From: an uncultured Chloroflexia bacterium
GTDB lineage: Bacteria > Chloroflexota > Limnocylindria > QHBO01
Length of the DNA: 64,000 nt
Direction: 5' to 3'
NCBI GenBank assembly: GCA_963827475.1
Contig: CAWHAZ010000005.1
Location: forward strand, 768,001-832,000
Shown: one piece after another, positions 1-9,159 of the stretch
Layout of the letters: each line of letters starts with the position of its first letter
Numbering within the stretch: the first letter of the stretch is position 1
The notes under the pieces: model-generated
What the model saw: the letters and a program-made list of their open reading frames with translations, nothing else
Told to the model about the DNA's origin: nothing
Databases searched by the model: none
Translations under genes and position numbers: made by a program

Positions 1-748
1 CCAGCTGATCAGCTCCGTCCAGGCCGAGGCGCCAGCCGCCGTGCTCGTCCCGGCTACGCCGAACGGCCGCGACCTGGCCGCGGTACTCGTCGGCGCCCTG
101 GGTCTGCCGGCCTTCGGCCCCATCCGCGCAGTACGAATGGATGGTGGTCACATCCGGTGCGAGATGTCCACACTTCAAGGGTCCGTGATCACGATTTCCG
201 AACCGGCTGGTGACGCGCCACCCACCGCGGTCATCCTTGTCAGCGCGGGGACCTACTCCCCCCGCCAGGACGGCAGCGGCAGCGCCGCGGTGACCATCGT
301 CGACGCGGTCGACTCGCCGCAGGCCACCGTCCGGATCGTGGAGTCCGCCACCGAGGCGGCGGCCATCGCCGCGCTCGAGGAGGCGGATGTCATCGTGGCC
401 GGCGGACGAGGCGTGGGCGGCGCGGCCGGATTCGAGGAGCTCGAGAAGCTGGCCGCCGCTCTCGGCGGCGTGGTCGGCGCCTCGCGGGCGGCTGCGGACG
501 CGGGCTGGGTTCCGTATCAGCTCCAGATCGGTCAGACTGGCAAGGTCGTGAAGCCCGCCCTGTACCTGGCCGTCGGCATCAGCGGCGCGATCCAGCACCG
601 CGTGGGCATGCAGGCGGCCGACAACGTGGTCGCCATCAACCGAGACCCCGACGCGCCCATCGGCGAGTTCGCTGACCTGTTCGTGGTCGGCGACCTGTTC
701 GAGATCGTGCCGCGCCTGACGGCCGAGATCGAGCGGCGAGGAGCGTGA
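1..748 (+). CDS. etfA: Electron transfer flavoprotein alpha subunit (5' end outside the window)
   Basis: FAD-binding motifs VAGGRG, GASRAA, QIGQTGKVVKP, GISGAIQH, AINRDPDAPI; frame is open to the window start. Confidence 0.92.
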   Translation, partial: QLISSVQAEAPAAVLVPATPNGRDLAAVLVGALGLPAFGPIRAVRMDGGHIRCEMSTLQGSVITISEPAGDAPPTAVILVSAGTYSPRQDGSGSAAVTIVDAVDSPQATVRIVESATEAAAIAALEEADVIVAGGRGVGGAAGFEELEKLAAALGGVVGASRAAADAGWVPYQLQIGQTGKVVKPALYLAVGISGAIQHRVGMQAADNVVAINRDPDAPIGEFADLFVVGDLFEIVPRLTAEIERRGA

Positions 749-1265
749 AGGACGTGACCGTCTTCCGCCGTCGCGCCTCGGATCACGTCGACACCGCGCA
801 GCTCCAGGCCTACCGCGCGTTTCTGTCGCCCCATTTCGAGCAGATCGAAGGGCATCTGCGACAGCGTCGGGAGAGATCGCCGATGACCTCCGTCGCCGGA
901 TCCGCGAGCCCGACGAGGTGTCGAGCGGGCTGACCGCCGCCGAGGCGCAGCTCGACGAGATCGCCCTGGCGGTGGCCGAGCAGGCCGCCCCCGAGCCGCT
1001 GCGTGCCCTCCATGCCGAATTTGACGCCAACCTCGAGCGCGCCCTGCGCGGGGTGGTGACCATCGAGCGCGGCTGTGGCCTCACCCGCCTGCCGCACGCG
1101 TCGATCTACGACGACGAGCCGCAGGCGTACTGGAAGCGCGGCCACCTGAACATCATTCACGCCCAGATGCGCATGCGCGAGATCGCCGACATCCTGTTCG
1201 CCTGGAAGGCGGGCATGCCGGCGGAGACCTCGGTCGCCGCCCGCATCCAGCAGATGGGAGCCTGA
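745..1265 (+). CDS. Hypothetical helical protein, apparently one gene split by a frameshift near 860
   Basis: GTGA overlap with etfA; ORF 745..933 joins the frame of 918..1265, which reads ATASGEIADDLRRRIREPDEV upstream of 918. Confidence 0.55.
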
Positions 1266-1280
1266 GCCCAGGGGCTGACA

Positions 1281-1296
1281 ACGGCACATCTTGTGG
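1281..1296 (+). promoter_or_regulatory. NrdR-box-like operator upstream of nrdR-dcd
   Basis: ACGGCACATCTTGTGG; the right part matches the NrdR box consensus acaCwAtATaTwGtg; a second imperfect palindrome TACCAC-CC-GTGGTG lies 31 bp downstream. Confidence 0.45.
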
Positions 1297-1348
1297 TATC
1301 GTTGCCATCGGTACCACCCGTGGTGTAGTCCGTGCCGGAGAGGAGCCC

Positions 1349-1819
1349 ATGCGCTGTCCTCGCTGCAGCGAGTCGAGCACCCGCGTCATCGATTCCCGCG
1401 ACCTGGAGAACGGCAGCACCATCCGCCGCCGGCGCGAGTGCGAGCTGTGCGCGTATCGATTCACGACCTACGAGCGGCCCGAAGGTGCGCGCCTCCTGGT
1501 GGTCAAGCGCGACGGCTCGCGGCAGGAGTTCGAGCGGGCGAAGCTGCTGGAAGGGTTGATGAAGGCCTGCGAGAAGCGGCCGGTGACCCTGGTCCGCCTC
1601 GAGGAGGCGGCCGACGAGATCGAGACCCGGCTCCGGGAACGGGGCGACGCGGAGGTCACCTCCAAGGAGATCGGCAAGCTGGCCACCGAGGCCCTGCGCG
1701 GGATCGACCAGCTGGCCTACATCCGGTTCGCTTCGGTCTATCACAGCTACGAGGACATCTCGACCCTCAAGCGCGAGGTGGACCGCCTCATCCGCCACCG
1801 GAGCGGGCCCAGCGAGTGA
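1349..1819 (+). CDS. nrdR: Transcriptional repressor NrdR
   Basis: MRCPRC..RVIDSR..IRRRREC..C..RFTTYE zinc ribbon plus ATP cone ([15 protein letters not shown]); GAGGAG RBS. Confidence 0.97.
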   Translation: MRCPRCSESSTRVIDSRDLENGSTIRRRRECELCAYRFTTYERPEGARLLVVKRDGSRQEFERAKLLEGLMKACEKRPVTLVRLEEAADEIETRLRERGDAEVTSKEIGKLATEALRGIDQLAYIRFASVYHSYEDISTLKREVDRLIRHRSGPSE

Positions 1820-2406
1820 TCCTGTCCGACCGGGACATCCGGGCGGAGCTGGCGGCCGGCCGGATCGTGATCGAGCCGTTCGACCCGGACGCGGTGCAGC
1901 CGTCGAGCGTGGACCTGCACCTGGATCGGTCCTTTCGCGTCTTCCGCAACACCCGCTACCCGTTCATCGACGTGCGCGAGGAACAGCCAGACCTCACCGA
2001 GCTGGTCACCGTCGACGGCGACGATCCGTTCATCCTCCATCCGGGCGAGTTCGTGCTCGGCTCCACGTTCGAGCGGGTCGCCCTGCCCGACGACCTGGTG
2101 GCCCGCCTGGAGGGCAAGTCCAGCCTCGGCCGGCTCGGACTGCTCATCCATTCGACCGCGGGCTACGTGGATCCCGGGTGGGACGGGAACCTGACCCTCG
2201 AGCTGTCGAATGTGGCCAACCTGCCGATCACGCTGTTCGACGGGATGAAGATCGGCCAGATCAGCTTCCAGCGCCTGTCCAGCCCGGTCGAGCGGGCGTA
2301 CGGCGATCCGAGCCTGGGCTCCCGCTATCGCGGACAGACCGATCCGACCGCGAGCCGCTACTTCGCCGATTTCTCGCGGACACGGGCCCGGCGGCCCGGC
2401 TCCTGA
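1816..2406 (+). CDS. dcd: dCTP deaminase
   Basis: [42 protein letters not shown]; GTGA overlap with nrdR. Confidence 0.96.
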   Translation: MILSDRDIRAELAAGRIVIEPFDPDAVQPSSVDLHLDRSFRVFRNTRYPFIDVREEQPDLTELVTVDGDDPFILHPGEFVLGSTFERVALPDDLVARLEGKSSLGRLGLLIHSTAGYVDPGWDGNLTLELSNVANLPITLFDGMKIGQISFQRLSSPVERAYGDPSLGSRYRGQTDPTASRYFADFSRTRARRPGS

Positions 2407-2431
2407 CGCCGCCCGGGCGGGCTCTGCGGGC

Positions 2432-3301
2432 ATGAACGAGCCGCCGTACGAGATCACCCCACCGGATCAAGCCCGGCTGTTCGGCGGCGGGGTCTCGGTC
2501 CGCGTCGTGCGGGCCGGCAGGTTCCGCCCGGATGCCGGCGGCTTTTTCGGCGTCGTGCCAAGGCCGTTGTGGGAGCGCCTGGTCGAGACCGACGACCGCG
2601 GGCGGATCCTGTGTAGTTTGAACCTGCTCATCCTCGATGCGGGCGGCAAGCGGATCCTGGTCGAGACCGGCACCGGGCTGCGGATGACGGCCCGCGAGCG
2701 GGACATCAAAGGCGTGGAAGGGGGCGATCCGGTCGCCGCGCTCGAGGCGGTAGGCGTGGACCCGGCATCCATCGACTACGTCGTGGTCAGCCATCTCCAC
2801 TACGACCACGCCGGCGGGATGATCGACGGCGACGGTCGGCCGGCGTTCGCCAACGCCCGGTATGTCGTGCAGCGCGACGAGGTCCAGGCCGCGCACGGGG
2901 ACGAGCTGCGGCTGGCCGGGATCATGGAGCGGGACCAGCTCGACATCATCCAGGCGGCCGGCCAGCTGGCCGAGGTCCACGGCACGGTGGAGCTGGTCGA
3001 GGGCGTCACCGTGGCCCGAACCGGCGGCCATACCCGTGGCTCGCAGGCGGTCCTCCTCGGGCGAGAAGGCGACGGGGACCGGGGCGTGTTCTTCGGCGAC
3101 CTGGTCCCGACCCGCTGGCAGCTGCCGATCCGCTGGACGAGCGCCTTCGACGACTACCCGATCGACGCGGTCGAAACGCGTCGCGAGCTCCTGACTCGCG
3201 CCGCCGACGAGGGGTGGTGGTGCTACTTCACCCACGACCCCGGCGAGATGCCGATCCGGATCGAGGCCACGGAACGGGGGATCCTGGTTCGGGCCGAATG
3301 A
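2432..3301 (+). CDS. MBL-fold metallo-hydrolase (YtnP-like)
   Basis: SHLHYDHAGG motif, DAGGFFGVVPRPLW, TGGHTRG. Confidence 0.9.
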   Translation: MNEPPYEITPPDQARLFGGGVSVRVVRAGRFRPDAGGFFGVVPRPLWERLVETDDRGRILCSLNLLILDAGGKRILVETGTGLRMTARERDIKGVEGGDPVAALEAVGVDPASIDYVVVSHLHYDHAGGMIDGDGRPAFANARYVVQRDEVQAAHGDELRLAGIMERDQLDIIQAAGQLAEVHGTVELVEGVTVARTGGHTRGSQAVLLGREGDGDRGVFFGDLVPTRWQLPIRWTSAFDDYPIDAVETRRELLTRAADEGWWCYFTHDPGEMPIRIEATERGILVRAE

Positions 3302-3382
3302 CCGCGTGGGTGGTCCTCCCGGGCTGACCCATCAGTACCGTGCCGGTCGCGCGACCGGGTGTGGCATTCTGGCAACGGGTCA

Positions 3383-3853
3383 ATGGAGTTCATGCGTTCT
3401 CATTACCGATCCTGGCCGTCCCCGCCGCTTCGTGCGGTGGGGATCGCGCTTGCGCTGCTCATCGCGCTGAGCGCCTGCGACGCGCTCGGCGGCAGCGGCT
3501 CACCCACGCCCGACCCATCGGATCGCGCCGCGGCCACGCCGCGACCGACGCCACTGCCCAGCCCTCCGGCCGGCGCGGTCATGCTCGAGGCGCGCAACCG
3601 GCAGTACTCCACCGCCACCATCGAAGGCGTGGCCGGCGTCCCGACCATCATCTACTTCACGAACAACGACGACCAGAACCACAACGTGACGATCTACCGC
3701 AACGCGTCGAAGGACTTGGAGCTCTTCCGCGGCGTGGTGTTCGTCGGCCCCGAGGTCACGGTCGTGTACGAGGTGGATGCGCTCCCGGCCGGGGAGTATT
3801 ACTTCGCCGACCTGGTGACTCCGTCCATGCACGGGACGTTCATCGTCCGCTGA
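3383..3853 (+). CDS. Cupredoxin-fold lipoprotein with a degenerate copper site
   Basis: Lipobox LSAC, Pro/Thr linker, FTNND..HNV, LPAGEYYF..M.G; start codon uncertain (3359/3383/3392). Confidence 0.75.
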   Translation: MEFMRSHYRSWPSPPLRAVGIALALLIALSACDALGGSGSPTPDPSDRAAATPRPTPLPSPPAGAVMLEARNRQYSTATIEGVAGVPTIIYFTNNDDQNHNVTIYRNASKDLELFRGVVFVGPEVTVVYEVDALPAGEYYFADLVTPSMHGTFIVR

Positions 3854-3895
3854 TCCCGGTTCGCCGGGCGGGTTCGCCGCGTATCATCCCGGCTC

Positions 3896-4291
3896 GTGCG
3901 CACCTCGATCTCCCTCCGACCCGCCTGGGTGCTGCTGGCCGCCGCCCTCCTGCTGGCGGCCTGCGGCGGCGGCAGCCCGTCGGGCTCGGCCGAATGCCGT
4001 GCCGCGGTGGACGGGGAGCTGACCATCACCGCCGACGACCTGGCCTTCGACACGGCCTGCATCGCGCTGCCGGCCGACGAGGCCATCACCCTCATCCTGG
4101 TCAATGACGACACCGATCCCCACAACGTCGCGATCTACACCGATTCGTCCAAGGACACCGAGCTGTTCGCCGGCGTGATCATCGATGGCGGCGAGACGAT
4201 CTAGTACGAGGTCCCGGCCCTGGAGGCGGGGACGTTCTACTTCGACTGCACCGTCCACCCGGCCATGAACGGCAGCGTGGTGGTCGAATAG
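3896..4291 (+). CDS. Cupredoxin (plastocyanin/azurin-like) lipoprotein with an in-frame TAG at 4202-4204
   Basis: Lipobox LAAC and HNV motif; the frame continues past the TAG as YEVPALEAGTFYFDCTVHPAMNGSVVVE*, which holds the C/H/M ligands. Confidence 0.8.
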
Positions 4292-4310
4292 GCGGTACCC
4301 TGTTCGGCGG

Positions 4311-4386
4311 GCCCCCGTAGCTCAGTGGATAGAGCGGCACCGTCCTAAGGTGCGCGTCGGCGGTTCGAGTCCGTCCGGGGGCGCCA
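4311..4386 (+). tRNA. tRNA-Arg(CCT)
   Basis: Acceptor stem GCCCCCG/CGGGGGC, anticodon arm GCACC-GTCCTAA-GGTGC, TTCGA T-loop, encoded CCA; TACCCT -10 box upstream. Confidence 0.95.
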
Positions 4387-4452
4387 CTTTCCCTTTCGCC
4401 GGTGGCCGCTGAGGCATACCATTCGACTCCTGCACCTACGGAGAGAGGGGTC

Positions 4453-4689
4453 ATGATCGAACGGCTTCTGAGCGTCGGGACCGGAGCGCTGGTCACCTAC
4501 CTGGCGCTCGTCATTCTCAATCCCACCGACAGCCTGGACCCCAACGGCGATTACCTCACCGCGGTCCTGATCGGCGCGGCCACCAGCCTGATCTGGCCGC
4601 TGGTGTGGCTGTTCCTGATCCGACGCCGACGGCAGAACAAGATGGACGAGAAGGTCGCCGAAGAGGTCGCCAAGCAGACGGGCGGCTGA
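4453..4689 (+). CDS. Small two-TM membrane protein
   Basis: GAGGGG RBS; two hydrophobic helices followed by RRRR. Confidence 0.7.
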   Translation: MIERLLSVGTGALVTYLALVILNPTDSLDPNGDYLTAVLIGAATSLIWPLVWLFLIRRRRQNKMDEKVAEEVAKQTGG

Positions 4690-4714
4690 TCCGCACGGTC
4701 GCCCTGCACGCAGC

Positions 4715-5507
4715 CTACGGCTCGGGCTCGCCGATGCGCTGCTGGAGCTCGATCAGCGGCCGCTGACTGACCTGCAGGAAGCCCTCACGCGGTCGGTCGA
4801 GATCAACGATCAGCGTTAACGTGGCGCCCAGGGCGACGATCATGATCGTCGCCGTGACGATGCTCCGCTTGCCTGCCTGCCCCGCGCCGAAACCGACCAT
4901 CCCGATCGAACCGAATGCGAGCAGCAGGAGGAATACGAGGATGGTGTCGGGCACCCGAGCATAGATGCCTGCGGTCACGCGCTGTGCGCTGACCGTGATG
5001 ATGTCGTTCACCGACTCGACATAGAGCGCGATGATGTCCGAGCGATCCAGCTCGATGGCGACCTCCTCGGTCACCGCCCATAGCTCGTCATGGATCTCGT
5101 TCGACTCGCGCGAGGTTGGCCAGTTCGGTGGCGATGTCCGGATCCTCAGGGACGATCCGGAGCGGGACGTACTCGCGGAGCAGGTTCCGGATTTCGGACT
5201 GGTATGGGTCCGGCAGGTACCCCGCCCGCAGGTACGTGGTGTTGATCGTGGTCGCCTCCTCCAAGACAAGGCCCCGCCTGGCGTCGAACCGATCGGCGGC
5301 GATGCCCATCGCGATGGCGAGCAGGAACGCAAGCAGGCCGAGCAGCGCGCCAACCAGCGTGCCACTGGCGCCTTCGTGCTCGTCCGGGTTCCGGGCCTTC
5401 CGCCAGCGGCCGATCCGGAATCCGATCTCGAACGTGAGCAGCGAGACCAGGACGAAGCCGAAGAAGACACCGATGATCGGGATGGGATCGAGGAGCGCCT
5501 GGGGCAT
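4715..5507 (-). CDS. DUF4239/bestrophin-like membrane protein (frameshift near 5095)
   Basis: GALLGLLAFLLAI..A.RFDARR..V.EEA..I.T.YLRA and LIVDLDRP..GF motifs; TGATG coupling to the SMR gene. Confidence 0.75.
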
Positions 5508-5833
5508 CAGTTGTGGGCTCCCGAGAGGTTCAGCACGATGACGCCGAGCACGATCAGGGCGATGCCGGCGATGCCGACCCACCCCAACGTTTCGCGGAAG
5601 AATACGACGCCGATGATCGCGATCGCGGCCGTCCCGATGCCCGACCACACCGCGTAGGTGACGCCCAGCGGGATGTCGCGAAGGGTGAGCGACAGGAAGT
5701 AGAAGCTCGCCGCGTAGCCGATCACGACCACGATCGCCGGCGCCAGGCGGGTGAAGCCGTCGGACGCCTTCAGCGCGCTGGTGGCGACGACCTCCGAGCC
5801 GATGGCGAGCAGGAGCCACACGACTGGTTGCAT
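5507..5833 (-). CDS. SMR family (EmrE/QacE-like) small multidrug transporter
   Basis: WLLLAIGSEVVATSALKASDGF, IPLGVTYAVWSGIG; 108 aa, four TMs. Confidence 0.93.
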   Translation of the reverse strand: MQPVVWLLLAIGSEVVATSALKASDGFTRLAPAIVVVIGYAASFYFLSLTLRDIPLGVTYAVWSGIGTAAIAIIGVVFFRETLGWVGIAGIALIVLGVIVLNLSGAHN

Positions 5834-5905
5834 CGGTTCGTTAGCATGGCAAATCGAGCGATGCTGCGGCATCTCGTTCCGGCGTCGCCGATATGGGAGG
5901 GTCAC

Positions 5906-6580
5906 ATGCAAGGCTCTGTTCCCGCGGTCGTAGCCGAAGCCATCGGCACGTTCCTGTTCTTCTTCATCGCCGCCGGCGCGGCGCTGCTGGCCACCGGAGA
6001 CCCGGCGGCCGCGCTCCTGATCGTGGCAATTGCCCACGGCGTCGTGCTCGCCGTCCTCGTTTCGTCCTTCGGCGCCGTCTCCGGAGGGCACTTCAACCCG
6101 GCGGTCACCCTCGGCCTGTTGGTCGCGGGCAAGATCGATGCGGTCAAGGGCGTCGTCTACATGGTGGCCCAGCTGTTCGGCGGAGCCGCGGCAGGATTCG
6201 CGCTGGCCTACTTCCTCGGTGACGTCGACCGGCGCGGTCCCGGCCCTCGGGGAGGGCGTGGACGTGACCGAGGGCATCATCATCGAGGCGATCATGACCA
6301 CGGTCCTGCTGTTCGCCGTGTTCGGCACCGCCGTCGATTCGCGGGGCCCGAAGATCGGCGGCCTGGCCATCGGCCTCGCGGTCGCGGTCGACATCCTGAT
6401 GGGCGCCACGCTCACCGGGAGCCGCCATGAACCCCGCCCGCTGGTTCGGGCTGGCGGTCGCCGGCCGGCGACTACGACAACTGGTACGTGTGGTGGATCG
6501 GCCCGTTCCTGGGCGCCATCGTGGTCGCGCTCCTGTATCGATTCCTGCTGGCTCCCCCGACGAGGCTCGAGGCCGCCTAG
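5906..6580 (+). CDS. Aquaporin/MIP channel (about three frameshifts)
   Basis: AEAIGTF, SGGHFNPAVT, MNPARWFG and W.WWIGP..GA motifs spread over three frames; GGAGG RBS. Confidence 0.85.
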
Positions 6581-7258
6581 AGGAAGAACTCGCCGAACAG
6601 CCCGGCCAGGGCGGTGAACGCGTCGAGCACGATCAGCGCGCCCACCGCCATCACCGCCACGCCGGACGCGACCCGGATCGGGCGCTCGTGGGCCCGCAGC
6701 CAGCCGATGGCCGGCTTGACCCTGGGCAGGAACGCCGCCGCGGCGAGGAACGGGAGCGCGAGCCCGGCGGAGTAGGCGACCAGGAGGAGCGTCGCGGCGG
6801 CCACGTCCTGGGTCGAGGCGCCCATGGCCAGGATGGCTCCCAGCACCGGACCGATGCACGGGGTCCACCCCACCGCGACCAGGGCTCCCAGGCCGAGCGC
6901 TCGCGGCCCCACGGCGCCGGACTGCGGCGCAAGCCCGACCGGGTGACGGCACGCGGTCGAGGACCGGCCCGAACAGGCCGGTCATCAGCAGGCCCAGACC
7001 GATGACGATGAGGCCCGCGACCTGGCGGACGATCGGCTCCCGAAACAGGGTCATGCCGATCAGGCCGACAGACACGCCGAGCACGATGAACACGAGGCTG
7101 AAGCCGAGGGCGAACAGGGCCGCCGGGCCAAGCACCGATCGGCCACCGACCGCTGCCTCGGCGAGGACGGCCACGTAGACCGGGACGAGGGCCAGGACGC
7201 ACGGGGTGAGGAACGAGACCACGCCGGCCGCGAAGGCCAGCGCGAGGCTCAGCTCCAC
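6577..7258 (-). CDS. ccdA: Cytochrome c biogenesis protein CcdA (frameshift near 6930)
   Basis: AGVVSFLTPCVLALVP and GWTPCIGPVLGAIL, YSAGLALPF. Confidence 0.9.
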
Positions 7259-7262
7259 GGCG

Positions 7263-8778
7263 TCAGACCGGCTCGACGACGATCGGCTGGGCGATGATCC
7301 ACAGGGACAGGATGGTGTAGCCGATCATCAGCGCGACCAGCGGCAGGCCGGCCAGGATCGGTCGCGACGCCTGGTCGCGGAGGCCCACCCGATGGGCGAG
7401 GACCACCGCCGCGATGTGCCCGCCGACGATGGCGGCCACCGACAGGTACCAGATGAAGGCGGTGGGGATCCAGTCGATCACCGGCGCGAGCGCGTTCGGA
7501 TCGACGATCAGCATCGGCAGCCAGACGATCCCCTCGATAACGAACGTCAGGTAGTGGGCGACGAGGTAGCCCGCGGCGATGGGCAGCAGGGTCGGCCCGT
7601 AGGTGCCCGCCAGTCGGCCCAGTGTCGGGCGCGCCCCGCCCAGCCTGCCCACGGAGATGCGTCGGGTGAGCCACACCGCCGCCGCGAAGGCCGCCACGAA
7701 GAAGGCGAACAGCCCCGTGAGCATGAGGACGGGGGCGAGGTAGCTCGCCGCCAGCGGACCGAACAGGATCGAGAGCGGCGTGAACAGGGCGGACAGGATC
7801 TGGGCCCCGAGCGAGGTCTGCTGGAGGCCGTCGAAGGTGACCCCGGCCAGGAGCGAGGATGATGAACGCGGCGTCACTCCATCGGCCCGGCACCCGCTCG
7901 GTGAGGCCGGTGATCCACCACCGCAGGTCGACGACCTGGTCGCCACCGTCGCGCGCGGCGATGCACTCGGCGCAGTCGACGCAGTGGTCGGGCCGGCACT
8001 CCTCGGTGCAGCCGGCGCACAGTTCCGTGCGCTCGGTGCGGCGTCCCGCGGGCCCGACACGCCCGAACCAACCGTTCAGGATCTCGAAGATCTCGAACGA
8101 GCGGAGCCACGTCACGCTGCCGAACACGACCATGCCGACGAGGGTCAGGACGGTGTAGGCGACCAGGACCGAGGCCAGGGAGACGGGGTTCAGCCGATCG
8201 GGCCAGATGAGCTCGAGGATGAGGAAGACGAACAGGATGGCCACCGCCGGACCGCGTCCGAGGTTGGGGATCCGCACCCCGAAATCGAGGCGCCGACCGC
8301 CGGCGACCCAGCGCACGAGCGCGTCGATCGCGTCATAGGTCGTCCGGAATGGGCTGAGCGACGGCCACGGGTTGCCGAACAGCGCGGCGGCCATCGGGAT
8401 GCCCACCCAGATCCCAACCCAGAACAGGACGGCGGGCAGGTAGGTGATGCCGCCGATGACGAATCCGGTGGCGATGGCCCCGTACCACCAGGCCAGGCCC
8501 AGCAGTCGCAGGACGATCCCCCCGACGCGAGCCACGCCTTCGTGCATGGGCCGAGTCGGGTAGCGCGGCGGGTCGCCGGGCGGCTTGACCACGACCACCG
8601 CCACCACGAACGACGCCCCGACCGCCACCGCCGCGGCGGCGAGGTACAGCCAAAGCGGGAGCGGGAGCGGGAACGCGGATCCGAATGCGTGGGCCGCGGC
8701 TGGCTGGGGGACGAGGGCTCCCAGCCCCGCCGCCGCGAGGGCCGCCGCGGCCGACGCCGCCCGGCGCCTACGGCTCAT
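7263..8778 (-). CDS. Polytopic membrane protein with N-terminal AHAFG motif and Cys-rich loop (frameshift near 7855)
   Basis: Signal-like N-terminus, LPLPLWLY, GNPWPSLSPF, LLPIAAGYLVAHY, IVGGHIAAV.LAH; loop CAGCTEECRPDHCVDCAEC. Confidence 0.7.
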
Positions 8779-9136
8779 TGACCGTGAGTACGCCGACTTC
8801 CGTGCTCTCGCCGCCCGAGTGGTCATGGAGCTCGATGATGAACTGCCCGGCGCGGTCGGCCGTGAACTCGAGGGTCGTGACCTCTCCCGGCTCGAGGGAC
8901 GTGGCCGGCACCTGCTCGTCGTAGCCATGAATGTGGAACACCCCGTCAGTCTCGCTTGTGACCTCGAGGGAGACGTCCTGGTCACGACAGGCCGTCAGGG
9001 TGGACGGATCCATGGCCGTATCGGTGACGGTGACCTCCAGGCTGACCGATGGCTCCGCGCAGGCCGGATCACCGGGCACGCAGCCGGCGGCGATGAGCCC
9101 GACGGCCAGCATCGCGACCAGCCTGCGATGCCGCAT
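8768..9136 (-). CDS. Cupredoxin-like lipoprotein
   Basis: Lipobox AAGC, FHIHGYD, F.ADRAGQFIIELHDH. Confidence 0.8.
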   Translation of the reverse strand: MRHRRLVAMLAVGLIAAGCVPGDPACAEPSVSLEVTVTDTAMDPSTLTACRDQDVSLEVTSETDGVFHIHGYDEQVPATSLEPGEVTTLEFTADRAGQFIIELHDHSGGESTEVGVLTVNEP

Positions 9137-9159
9137 GGACCATTGACCTCCGGTGATGC

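Noticed and set aside
4311-4386. tRNA next to the amber-interrupted gene read as an amber suppressor (its loop contains CTA)
   Set aside because: The 5-bp stem fixes a 7-nt loop with CCT at positions 34-36; UCCUAA is the normal Arg(CCU) loop.
5507-7258. Apparent CcdA-SMR fusion of 583 aa
   Set aside because: Artefact: a frameshift in ccdA runs through an open antisense frame of the aquaporin into the separate SMR gene.
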